NCBI GenBank assembly: GCA_002189035.1
Contig: NEEC01000013.1
Coordinates: forward strand, 682,001-746,000
Length of the DNA stretch: 64,000 bases
From: Utricularia gibba
Lineage: Eukaryota > Plantae > Magnoliophyta
Reading direction: 5' to 3'
In this document: positions 1-12,169 of the stretch, piece by piece
Numbering within the stretch: position 1 is the first letter of the stretch
Layout: every line of letters starts with the position of its first letter
The notes under the pieces: model-generated
Told to the model about the DNA's origin: nothing
Database searches by the model: none
What the model saw: only the letters and a program-made list of their open reading frames with translations
Position numbers and translations under genes: made by a program

Positions 1-418
1 CGATCATTATAAAAGTAAGATATAAAATTATATTGAGTTATTTTTTTCCACAATTATGTGATAATGTCCAACTTTTAGGATGTAATTTTGTAATTTTTCT
101 TTCGATCTTGTGTTCCCTTATTGAATAAGTTACTCAATTGAAGTTGTTTGAATTTTTATAGAAGATTCGACCAAAATTTTCTCTACCATTGATGGTTACG
201 TCTACCATTTTCAACTTTAAATGTTGACACATGTTTTGCAGCCTTTCTATTTAAACCACACCCCTCAAATATAAGACTAGTAGGCTTCCTCATTAACCAC
301 TACAAATGCAATGAATACTATCTTTTCAGCTGCATCAATTTGTAACTGTGATAAACATCTTATGCTTGTATTTTGCATATTAATGGGCAACATAAATTGA
401 TATTATTTGCAAGAAATT

Positions 419-840
419 TTCCAAGGATATGCATGGATGCAACACGAAATGGCCAAAATGCATGATACAATGTATTTGTCAACGAAGATTGATTTCGTTA
501 ATTATAGCGTATTTGTCAACAAAAGCAACAGTGAATCCATCGGCTAAGGCAAAGATACCACTGGAGAAGCATCTAGCTTCAAGATTTACGGCATGAACTA
601 CACCTTCAAAGAATACAGCAAAGAGAGCAGCACATTCGCAAGTTACATCAACGAGACCTCACCCGTACAAGCGTCCATGGCGGCTGCCAGCACATTTTTA
701 CCGCGTGTAATAGTTTCTGAATTCCCATTTTCCTCCGCGATCAAGAAGACCTTCCATGCAGTCGATGATTCCAGCACTGCGAAAATGGTAACCGATGCCC
801 TCCACGAATGCGAACGAGCGCCGAGCCATTCTGTTCCCAA
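419..840 (+). pseudogene. Degenerate fragment of a polygalacturonase beta-subunit-like (PG1-beta/AroGP) BURP-domain gene
   Basis: One frame reads FQGYA...TKIDFVNYSVFVNKSNSESIG*GKDTTGEASSFKIYGMNYTFKEYSKESSTFASY (FxxY-type repeats), then TFLPRVIVSEFPFSSAIKKTFHAVDDSSTAKMVTDALHECERAPS (start of the BURP domain). In-frame TAA at 545-547; the segment between the repeats and FLPR and the CH-motif C-terminus are missing. Confidence 0.75.
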
Positions 841-1716
841 GATTCGGGTCTACGAAAAAAGCGGGTATTTTGGATCCCACTGTATTGCATCTGCACTTTT
901 TTATGATCATCTAGAATTTTAAAAAAACATGTAAACCCTGTACCCCAAAGTAACATTTCACAATAAATTTGAACCATTTTGCAACAGACAACATAATATC
1001 TCAAAAGTATTTATGTTAATTATCAAGTTCTCTATAGATGTGTTGATCAAATCAATAACTAATATACTAATATATTGTACTTGTTTCGAAATCTTGTTTG
1101 TGATAGAATATATGTATCTCATCTTATGCCCTGCATGACAATGTTTCTCATATAAGTATATTAATATATTCATCTCAAACAAAGAATCTATTAATACTGT
1201 TAGAATCGCACTCAAGACAACATGCCATGAACAATTCATGTGGCCCACAACACACAAGAAATCAAAGGCGAGAAAACCCACGAACACAAAATGAAAAATA
1301 TAATAAAAAAATCAAAACATAGTTCATTATGTGATGCACGTCTGTTTTAAAAAAAGAGAGATTATTGTTTGATGAAGGGCAAAATTGGAAGATTTGAGCC
1401 GTATTTACACACCACTCTTCATTTATGCAAATCGGCCGAACTGGTTTCCATTGGATGTACACCCAACATGCGACTTTATTTAGAATATTGGATTTACTGA
1501 CAAAAAGAAATTGATATGGAATTTTATAGGTGGATCTAAAATATTATGATTATTGATTTATAATTATTGAAAGTCCAATAAAAGAAATATAAATTACAAT
1601 CATATATCCCATTTAATACCACCTTTCATGTCCGTTTAAATTTCAAGGTTTCACACTTTTGGTACGAAAGTCCTCATATAAAACCCAGATACATTGAACC
1701 ACCGAAGCAGACACGA

Positions 1717-1798
1717 AAACAACGACTTTGACAAAGCAAAAGGCAGTGCAATAGACTAAACAACGACTTGGACAAAGCCAAAGGCAGTGTCATAGACC
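1717..1798. repeat. Imperfect 41-bp tandem duplication (2 copies)
   Basis: aaacaacgactttgacaaagcaaaaggcagtgcaatagact (1717) followed by aaacaacgacttggacaaagccaaaggcagtgtcatagacc (1758); lies just 3' of the peptide gene stop codon. Confidence 0.85.
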
Positions 1799-1828
1799 GG
1801 AGGTTTTCCCGTCAACCGGAGACGGAAA

Positions 1829-2214
1829 TTATGGAGTGGTGGATGCCGGCGATGGTGGTGGATTTCCACCTGAATCTGGAGGATCACTTCCCCCGTGACC
1901 TCCGAGATTGGGCAGCGGTGATGGTATTGATGTATTGGGATCCTCCCGCAGAAACCGTGATGACTGCCAGCTTTCACCACCTAACAGTTGGAGGAAAATG
2001 TTAAAGGAAAAAAGCAGACCGCATTCACAGAATGCGTACTTTTTCAATTGGATGAATCATGTATAGCAGGCAGGGATAGGGATAAACAGAAAAGAAAAAA
2101 ATGTGCATCGATTAGGGGAAAGAAAGTACTTGAAAACTCCTGGATTTTCCTGCCCGCTTCACATGAAGAAATCAGGAGGAGGAACAGAACCACTAGTGGA
2201 GCAACTTTCCTCAT
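1829..2214 (-). CDS. Putative small secreted Pro/Gly/Ser-rich peptide precursor, 78 aa, 2 exons
   Basis: Exon 1 2214-2130, GT-AG phase-1 intron 2129-1981, exon 2 1980-1829. Product MRKVAPLVVLFLLLISSCEA|GRKIQEFSSGESWQSSRFLREDPNTSIPSPLPNLGGHGGSDPPDSGGNPPPSPASTTP*. Basic-hydrophobic signal peptide ending C-E-A; TATA box 36 nt upstream of the ATG. Confidence 0.7.
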
Positions 2215-2249
2215 TTCCCAAGAGCTGAGCAGCTTCAACTAGTGTATGC

Positions 2250-2257
2250 TTTTTATA
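2250..2257 (-). promoter_or_regulatory. TATA box of the secreted-peptide gene
   Basis: Minus strand reads CCC-TATAAAAA-GC, 36 nt upstream of the ATG at 2214. Confidence 0.6.
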
Positions 2258-3479
2258 GGGGTCGAGTTTTGCGGTCCTCCTTCGTGTAGTTGAACAAGTC
2301 TAAATATCACCGCAAGATCCATTCAGATTGGGTCAGACGCCCAGCTACAGCAGCCCATATCACAAAGATTTTAACCTAGATATCAATAATTTAAATATTT
2401 TTCAACCTGAATATAGGTTTAATGAATTAAAACCTGTTTGATAGGTGGGTTATTGTTGTTTGGTTTTATTATTACATGCATCTGGTAAATTGGTTTATAA
2501 CAAGTATGTTTATCTGATTTATATATGAAGTTATATAAATACTCTTGACGATCAAACATATTGTATATATTTTAAATCCATCAATCCTTAATATTTGCTA
2601 ACGACTGTGTCATTCAAGGACACCCACCTCCAATCAAATGCTCGATTGTTGTCATTTATCATGTATTTCTTGTGATCTGATGCCCAGTGATTGATCTATT
2701 TATAAGTCTGCGGGAGAAATTTTTATTATAATTGATATGTTGCTATTTGTTGAAATAATTTATTAAATGTTGTTTACCAAAATAAGTGATATATATTTTT
2801 GTTTGTTGAAATATTTTTTTTATTAAAATAGTAGATAATTGATAAAGGTCTTAAGAAATATTGTTTGTGAAAATAATTGATATCTGATTATAGTAAAAAA
2901 ATTGTGCTTTTTCTATACCTTTTTCATTATTGTGGTTCCTTTTGTAGAATGATGAGGAATAAAATACTGATAATAGAAATGAAGACAATGATAGCAAGAA
3001 ATTGAAAATTTAATGGAAACTGGAAGAAGAGAAGCATTTAATTTTTACCTTAAAACAAGTAGTGAGATGGACTAAAGGTATTAAATGGGTTTAAAGGGGA
3101 TTATTATGAATAGTCAATTTTTCTTAAAGGGAAGTTGGGGTCTTATGTAGGCATACAATCCCATAATATTTCAAAGGTTCATAATTTGAAGAAGGAATAA
3201 TATTTACCTATGGATATCTTCTCTAGATTCGATATCGGTTTCAATGATGTGACTAACAAGCTAGATGCCAACGATGAGCAATAGAATAAACTAGAGTAGA
3301 TTAGGTATTTCTTTTATATGTCATTCAAATTTTAATTAACTTATATGGATGATTATACTACAGCATAATCCAAATATTCAAGGCCTGAGAAATAAAATGA
3401 CTTTATTACTACAATTGAATAGAAATATTAGACAAGGATAGAGTAATAGGAGAAGCAACAATAAATTGTACGCGAAAAA

Positions 3480-4102
3480 TTCTACGACTTCATGCACTTC
3501 ATTATGAGGGATTCTTTTAAATCCTGCATATTTCCAGTACTAAAACAACCCTTGATTTGCCACTTCGCAACTTCTTCGCCTAGACAACCCTTGGTTTGAC
3601 TTTCAGATAAAGATGTTTTATATCCTTTATCTTAATACATACACTTACTACAAATAAAGTTTGGAGTTTATAGGGAATACACTCATTCTTATAAATGCTT
3701 TCACATTCAAGAATATAGACAACAGAACAAGAAGTTAAGTAAGACAAAGAGATTTATAGTGATCTCAAAATCTTTGTAAACAACTTCAAAGGTAGTCAAA
3801 TCACACCAAAAAAACTGAGTGCTTACAATAAAACCCATTGAAACAATGTGTAGAGCAGACACATCTTCCATATACACATCGAATTCCTTGCCCCAAATCC
3901 AATAGATAATTGGAATTGAATATCTCACACAAAGTGTCTCATTCATAAGCATCTGTAAATTATGCATGCAACCAATCAGTTCGAGAAACACCATAAAAGG
4001 TAGGATGATTAACCTCAATTTATCGAAGTACCTTCTAAAATTCCGGTGATATGAAGAAGATTCCCACTGTGCAGCTTGTATTGCGGTGAAACTCAAGTCC
4101 AT
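3480..4102 (-). mobile_element. Possible Mutator/MuDR transposase N-terminal remnant
   Basis: ORF 3707-4102 (GFIVSTQFFWCDLTTFEVVYKDFEITINLFVLL; downstream KWQIKGCF) weakly resembles the MuDR VGQxF..L..F..AV.D(F/Y)AI and CxWRI motifs; very degenerate. Confidence 0.35.
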
Positions 4103-4379
4103 AGAAGATGAAATTCAAGGGAAGAGGATGTGCTGGTCTATGTGAGATTCAACATTTACGAGAATAGAAGAGATTTGAGTGAATTGTCAAATTGAGCAAC
4201 ATTATTTTCCAATGGCCCAAATTTAATTATCAAGCACTCATCTCAAGCTGTACCCTAGTCACTCCTTATACATGATAGCAGTATATTGATCACATTATCC
4301 ATTCTAAGAATGTGATGATGTAGTTACAAAAATTTCATTACTTAATTCATTAGTGTCTGCATCAACATTTTGAAAATCT

Positions 4380-5430
4380 TATCTTCGAGTGGGTTGGAAT
4401 GAAATTGTGGGGTAAGACACGTGCAAAAACTATGTGATTTTGATTGTTTATTAAATAAAAGCAATGACTACATGGCTCACCTCATTTTCATAAGTCTCCA
4501 AGCTCATTCAATTACATTTTTTATAGAAAAATGACAAAAATTGAAGTACTCATTCACATTTTTGGGTGTTTGAGTTCCAACACCCTAATCTTTCAAATGG
4601 TACCAAACCTTACTTTAAGGTACTAAAAATCTTTCAGAAATTTGCATAATTGTTATCATCTAAGTAATAAGTAAATATCACAAAAATGCATATATTATAT
4701 CATCAATTATATATAAATGATTGTTAAAAGATTTCTAGGTCAATATAAGCTACTTCTTCTATGTACGCACAGCTATCAATGCATCATTTAAAATATTATT
4801 ATCAATGTTAGAACTCTCCCATCCAACAAGAATATATATAAACTACATATTTTCATCACATATCTGGAGAATGTTCATAGATATTTGGTCTTGATTCTTA
4901 TAATACCTAGGTTTGAACTCTAAATCATTTGTACACCAATGTAGGTACCATTCAAAGCTCATACACAGTTCTTCAAGAAATCAATAAAAGTATATTATAT
5001 ATTATAACAAGAAAAATGCTAACAATAGGAAATAACACAACTACTCAAGTCACGATGCACTTGAAAATACTTAAATTTACCCAATAGAGATTGATTATTT
5101 TTGGGCTTTTCCAAAATAATCTCATAGAAGATAAGTATTGCATTTGGTACCTATTTAAAATACCTAGACAATATCTCTATAGATCACCTAAATATATTTT
5201 TTCTGACTCGCATCTTTTTGATGTGATAATAATACTTAAAATATAGCTACCATTTCATGAATACCTAGATACTTCCCTAATCATTGATTTGTGCGTATTT
5301 GTAAAATATAGCATAACTTTCCAAATACATCTCTAGATAATCTCAAATTTTCTAGTATTGCAGTATTAGTATATAACATAAGACTAGTTAAATATTCAAC
5401 ATGTTCGGGATTTAAGAATATTTTCTTTTA
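4380..5430 (-). mobile_element. PIF/Harbinger DDE transposase remnant (copy 1)
   Basis: Minus-strand pieces LENLRLSRDVFGKLCYILQ, HEMVAIF, RYYKNQDQISMNILQICD...YILVGWESSNIDNNILNDAL, YYLDDNNYAN, VWYHLKD*GVGTQTPKNVNEYFNFCHFSIKNVIE*AWRLMKMR*A match the DDE_Tnp_4 (HARBI1-like) consensus; many stops and frameshifts. Confidence 0.8.
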
Positions 5431-6759
5431 TAGAATAATCAAGTTTTCGTTTTATCTTTTGCAATAACAACTCTAGTAATTAAATGCAATAATGTTCAAT
5501 CTAGCCTGGTGTTTTGTTAACGTGCACACAACAATACTTAAAACAACTTTATTTTTAGACATAATTCAACATAGCTTCACCACTTCGAGCAAATCCTCAA
5601 TACACCATAACACCATTTAATTAGGGCATCAAATGAAAACATTACCTAAAAATACCGAGGAGAGTCATAATAGATTTGAGTAAGTAATTAACAAAGCACA
5701 TAAGTACAATTTAAAAATTAAAGTTTGGGTATTTGATAATATGGGTAGATGTAAACTTCATAAACTATAACTTTAGAGTATATTTGAAATTCATGATACA
5801 ACACATACATTTGTATGATCAATTAATGAAAATATAATTATAAATTTAAAAATCAGAATTCTAGAAATACTTGCTAATGAGGATTATTGCAAACTTCATA
5901 GATCTATATACTAAAGTATAGTTGAAATTTTGAGGATGCTTGCTAAGGGGCAATGATGCATACCTTATCTAAGTTGTATTCCGACAATCTCGCAGAAGAT
6001 GATTGGTGTAGAAATCTATGATTTGCGAACAAGGTGTCAACAGTAAGAACACCAATGAAAATAATATAAATATCAAGGGTACAAATGAAAGAAAAAATGA
6101 TGATATTTATATAATTGAGAATTCGGAAATGGTTTTAGATAGATTTATTTAAATCCATCCCTTCATATGGTTTTAAATAAACCTATACCCATGAGTTATT
6201 CATGGATTTATTTAAATATATAGAGCAAATTTATATTTAATAATGACATATATACCAAATGTAGATAAATTATTTAATCTATTTATAAACTTGAAAACTC
6301 TCGAATTAAACGTAACTTCATTGATCTTTACTAAGGACCAGTTTGGTAGAACAGAATAAACAAGTTTTATTTAGATAAGAAATATACTTTATTTGTTTGA
6401 TAAATATGATTTATTTAAATCTTGTAATACAAACCTGCGATTTCCCAAGGTGGGTTTCAATGAAATCCACCATATTGATGGATTTATTAATATCAAGGCT
6501 TTAAATGATTTATTTGAACATTATAAACTTTTTTATTGATAATTTAATTTAATAATATTCTCTAAGAAAATTCAAAACCCTTATCTCGACAGCCGGCTTT
6601 TGTGTTGACATCCTCATGGTTCGTTTATGTAAAGTCTTTGAATTGTTTTATGCAATCAATAAAAGTAAACGTTGATCTTAGTTTTTTTATATTTTTTATT
6701 ATTATTTTTGGATCATGTGAATTATTCTTTGAAAAAATATGATTTGCTTGTCTATATTT

Positions 6760-7990
6760 TTTGCAGATAATATTATGGATGACAATATCATAGAAGAAGC
6801 CGTGTTTTTGCTTGTTGTTAAAATTGTTGTACGAAATTTGTTATTTATGAGGTATATTGTTGAAAAATATGCAAAAGAAATAGATGAGAATAATTTATAT
6901 GAAATACTTGGAATGATAAATTATTCTTATTTAGAAAAAATTCCAAGAGGCTCAGTAGATTCGTATCTAATTTTAATAATATTGGGTTCGAAAGTTTGAA
7001 AATGAACAATTATATATGTTGTTTCAACAGAATGATTTACATGATTTTAAATATGTTAAAGTGTACAAGTAGATTGCTCTTTTTTTAAAGATATTGGTGT
7101 ATCTATAAAGTTCGTTTACAAAAATGAGACTATGAAAAATCAACTTACACAAATTTTTTAATATTTTAATATTATATTAAATACTCTACTTATGATATAG
7201 ACAAGTTATTAGTAAATCCATAATGTACAAGTGATGAAAGTGCATCAAGCAGGCTCAAATATTTCAAACTATATATTTTTGTTCATTCATATTGATAATA
7301 TGATCTAATTTATCTTATCATTTGACTAGAATTTTGTAAGTGTAATTGATAGGACATATGTTGACATGTATGTAAAAGTGAGATATATGACTCATCAAGG
7401 TACCATTGCTGCAAAATGTAATGGGAGTGTGTGACTAAAACATGAACTTCATATATCTACTTGCCGCTTCTGAAGGTTTTGTAGTCCATTATCATGTTTT
7501 GAGAGATTTTTTATTTAGATTAATTGGTTTTAGTGTTAATAAAGATAAATTTTACTTTTAATTATTTTTTTCTATACTTATTTATAACATATTTTGTATA
7601 TTTTATTTAACTTTTCATTATATGACATTATACTTGTATGACAATGGTTACACAAATTGTGAAGAATTTTTGATTCTATATAGAGATGTTTGTTATTACT
7701 TGAAAAAATAGGGTGAAGGTTCACAATGTCCATAAAATCCCCATGAATATTTTAACATGAAACATTATTCAGTTATAAATGTTATTGAGAGAGCTTTTGA
7801 TATATTGAAAGCACATTAGACTATTCTAATAAATCACTCATTCTATCAACTTCGAATATAGAATACAATTATCATATTTATGTATTACTCTACAATTTTA
7901 TTGATTCACAAATAGGTGTTGATCCATTAGAAGCAGAAATAGAAAAGAATCATATGGAGGATGATTTAGATAATGGTGTGTCATAGAGTG
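6760..7990 (+). pseudogene. PIF/Harbinger DDE transposase remnant (copy 2)
   Basis: VIDRTYVDMYVK...NVMGVCD*NMNFIYLLAASEGF...HVLRD (7340-7505) and YRDVCYYLKK*GEGSQCP*NPHEYFNMKHYSVINVIERAFDILKAH*TIL (7680-7830) match the Harbinger catalytic region. Confidence 0.8.
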
Positions 7991-8008
7991 AGAAATCAAT
8001 ATTTGTCA

Positions 8009-8656
8009 TGTGGAAACAATTACCGGAAAGCTACATAAATCGATCGAAGGATAGGATATCAAATCAGTTCTCACTAGATGAAATCGGTCTTGGAAAAGGA
8101 GACGACTTCTAACAATCTTTAATAGATGCATGGGCCAACAAGGATCAAAGCATGACAATGATAGCCGTTTCAACAGAATTTAAAAAGCAGCTGAATTGCA
8201 GGAACCTTAATGTAAGTGGTGGTTATACATCAGCAAGACCACATGTACGGTCGGCATAACTGTCAAACATAGAAAGTTGCTAGGATTCACAGAAATTGGT
8301 CGTGTAAGCCTCTTTCATAAATAGGAGAAAATTTGAAGAAAAAAAGAGGTGACATTCCATGTACAAGTTGCAATCCCTTCTTTTCACTCCTTAGTAAATC
8401 ACTTCTTCAGTGAGCCTCTCTAGCTCCATGATTTTTCTGTTCCGATGTTTTATATGCAAAAATCCTTAGCATTTTTTATTGCTTTATTTAGTGATTGAAA
8501 ACAAAGTCTAAACTGGAAAAATCACACACAAAATTCAAATTCGTACACATAAATTAGATTGAGCCCTAATACCGATTTTCATCCACAACAACCCGAAAAT
8601 CAGATCAACACTTAACATTGATTTTTAACCACAATATTTTGGCACCCACTATGGGA
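8009..8656 (+). mobile_element. Ty3/gypsy (Tat/Retand-like) 5' LTR plus PBS; element truncated
   Basis: LTR bounded by TGTGG (8009) and CCACA (8629-8633), an inverted pair; internal CATAAATAGG TATA-like motif; followed by TGGCACCCACTATGGG (8640), similar to the TGGCGCCCACCGTGGGG PBS. Confidence 0.6.
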
Positions 8657-9035
8657 CATGATCGACTATCCCATTTGAGAATCCGTAGGAAGGTATTCAT
8701 CATCCTTGTAATATGGCGAACCCAAATGCCGCTATCAACATGGACAGTGAAGGGAGTGCTAACTAGCAACACCCGAGATTGATGGTACTAAATCAAGAAC
8801 AATTGAAGGCGCTAATGATGGAAATATTTTCAAACATCAAGTCATCCTCTGGGATAAATTTGAATGCAAGGAATTGGTAGAACCAAAGTACCTCTACGAA
8901 ACTGAGATTGAGTCAGAAACAAAGAATGAGATATTGATGAGAAAGAGATGCGACAAAATCATCTGCGAACCAGGTATAGAAAGGGAGAAAAGAGCAAGAG
9001 ATATCTTAAAAACAAGGGAAGAGGAGTTGAGAAAG

Positions 9036-12000
9036 AATTAATAAAAATTTAATATTTTAATAAATCATTTTAAGTGTGTAATTTTAAGTGTATAATTTTC
9101 TTTCAGAATTAATTTCAATTTTATAAAAACATACCATTTGTATCGAATTGAAATCAAATTCTTAACCTACAAGTTCAAAAAAATAAAATAATACCAATTA
9201 AGCTATAAAGATACAAAATAAAATAACACGTATGCATTTTATAGCTAACCGATACTCATGTGCTAAGTAGCATAACACGCATCCGTGTTATATACTAATT
9301 GAAATATTTGTAGCTTAATTGATATTTTTGTATTTTTTAACCTGTGGTGTAAAGATTCGATTCCAATTCCATACAAATTGTATATTTTTATATAATTAAA
9401 ACTAATTCAAAAAAAAAATTAAAAACTTAAAATAATTTAAAATATTAAAAATTCAATTCATTTTCATTAATTGTAATTTTTATATGAATAAAAATATTAA
9501 TTCCAAATATCAATTATATATATAAATTTATCGAAATCATGAAAGTTCAATTCATTTTCATTAAGTTTATCGAAATACAGATTTTCAAAACATTGATTGA
9601 TTTGACATAGAGGAAGAGCATTTGACACACACTATGGATTTTCACGATTTTATGACTACTCAATTAGTGTTGATTACAATGGGATGGAAAATTATTAAAC
9701 TAGAGAAAAAGAAATTAGAGTGGAATCAGTTTCAAATTAAAATCCTAATATTGGTAATCAAGGGAATGAGTTCAAGATTATGATCTAGATTTTGATGAAG
9801 ATGAAGAGGATGAGGATGATTTTTCAAAATTGGATGAAATTGAATACTCAATTGCTCGAAGTCATTTTTACAAAAATAAGGAGGCCTTTCATAACGCAAT
9901 GCTGGAGTATTCGATTGATAAACGGAAAATTCACACGTCGTAAATGTAAACTTTCCTATCAAATAAATTTATAACCTAATACACATTCAAACATAAAACA
10001 ATTATGAGCATAGCGGATTAGGGTCGAACACAAGGAGCTAAGTGTTTGCTATGTGAAGATCAATGCAAGGAATCAATGTCACGTTGGTCAAATTGGTCTT
10101 AGCTAGGACTAAGGCAGAACTAAAACGAAATACAATAAAGAAAAGTAATAAGTTCTAGAGTTCGGTTGTTTCTGGAATGGAATGGGTGATGCCTTGGGAC
10201 TCCTAGGGAATGTATGCTCATCACTAAACAAACTCATACAAACCACAAATCATACAACTAACTCACAAGATCTAGGTCTACCCGGATTCTTGTTTTTCCC
10301 CCTAATCTTTGGTCTACCTCTAATTAGGGTTGTTAAGTTGGGTTTCACTACTTCCCCCTCCTGTATCTATCCTGGTTTGTTAAGGAAGTGGCATGACTCA
10401 TGGCTGTTTAGATCTAAAGGCTGATTAACATGTTTCTTCCATTTTTACCCCAAGGCACCCCCCTAAGTACTTAGCCACTCATGCTTAAGGTAAACGAAAG
10501 TGGAAAAGAAAACATCACCCACAGTGTGCTCATTTCACACTCAAATACTAGAAAGCAAACAAGCAAGTAATGTGAAGTGTCAACAAAAACTGAAAAACGT
10601 CACTAGCTACTCTTAGCTAGGAGTAATATTCTTCGAAGACAGAAAATAATCTTGAACTTCAGCTTCGTTCCTATTTGTCTTCTTTCTTCTTCCTCCCCAG
10701 AAAACCTTCTCCTTAGAAAATGTGTCCGTGAGTCTCCAAGGGGAGATCTGATTTCTCTCTCCACCTTTCCCTATTTTTGTCCAAAATCTCCCTTTTTCCT
10801 CCTTGGATTTTGTGTGCACCACTTTTCAGACTTTTGGACTCATCTTCTGCCACTACACTGTGCATGTTCGGCTCCTTGGGATTTGTGTTGCGACCTACAC
10901 TGCATTGCTCGAATTAAACTATTAGAAGGTTGGGGCTAAATCACAGATTTAGTCCCAACTAAGACTAAAATCACACAATTACGGTACTTATGCACAAAAA
11001 TAAAAAACTAGGCAGTAAAACTAAATTTTTGTAGCACAATATGAATTTTTTTCATGTACTTAATCACTCAAAAATATGTGTTATCATCGATCAATATCAA
11101 TACATAGTTCTATGTTAATGATTCAAATCCTAATGCTTTTATTTACGTTACAAACAGTGTAGAGAACAAGGATACTAATGAAAGATTCGTGGTGCTTACT
11201 AGAAAAGACATAGTCAATAGAAAGTTAATGTATTATAAAAATATTGGAATTAGTTATCTCATCAATATAGTGAAACCATTCGTGGAAAGAGATATTGTCA
11301 CTAAAATAAGCACGATTGTAATTGTATTTAACAAGATAATGAATTATATAATTGTATATCATAATGCCTAGTAGGGTTTGAGATGGGATTTCACTTATGT
11401 GTTCATTAATTGGAAGAGTTTTGTGCCAAAACTCATTTCTTATAAGAGGCTGTACTTCAAAATCCTAGTATTATGTCCAATGAAAATATGTTACATTATA
11501 CATTTTGGACATTTGGGCCTTATATTCGAGCATATAGATGTTGTCAGTTGATGATGTCAGTCGATGCAACCCATTTAAATGCATATTATCATCACAATAT
11601 GCTGATGGCAGTCACCCTTAATGCATCTTGAAAATGTGTTCAATTGCATTTGCTATTATGGATGACAAAACAAATAACTCATGGATATGGTTTCTCAAAA
11701 CTATTTAGTAGCTATGTTGTTTATTTCAATTTTATAAAAGCATACAATTTGTATGGAATTAGAATTGAATCTTTAAATAATAGATTAAAAAAACACATAA
11801 ATATTATTTAAACCTCAAACATTTCAATCAATTTATAACACATATGCAGGTTACACTATCTAACACACATGCATGGATTAGCAATAAATCACCTTCGTGT
11901 GTTATTTTAATATGTATGTTTGTAATTTAATTGATATTATTCAATTTCTTGAACCTTTAGATTAAGGGTTCGATTTGAATTCGATACAAATGGTATATTT

Positions 12001-12076
12001 TTATTAAATTAAAATTAATTTTAAAAAAATTACAAACTTAAAATAGTTATTAAAATATTAAATATTTAATTAATTT
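9036..12076 (+). mobile_element. Mutator-like element (MULE) with ~370-bp TIRs and a decayed transposase split by a solo LTR
   Basis: 9036-9400 is the reverse complement of ~11723-12076. Transposase remnant YSIARSHFYKNKEAFHNAMLEYSI|(solo LTR)|NINT*FYVNDSNPNAF...FWTFGPYIRAYRCCQLMMSVDATHLNAYYHHNMLMAVTLNAS*KCV..FAIMDDKTNNSWIWFLK contains the MULE DDE motif. Confidence 0.75.
9916..11086 (-). mobile_element. Solo LTR, Athila-like Ty3/gypsy family (copy 1)
   Basis: TGATAA...TTATCA termini; perfect 5-bp TSD TCGAT (9911-9915 and 11087-11091); aligns by eye over its length with 13649-14813. Confidence 0.9.
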
Positions 12077-12169
12077 ACTTTCATTGTATAAATAATAATA
12101 AAAAATCAAAATATCAGTTATACATATATCAATTTATATTGTGTTAATTATATTGTACAAAATCATGTA

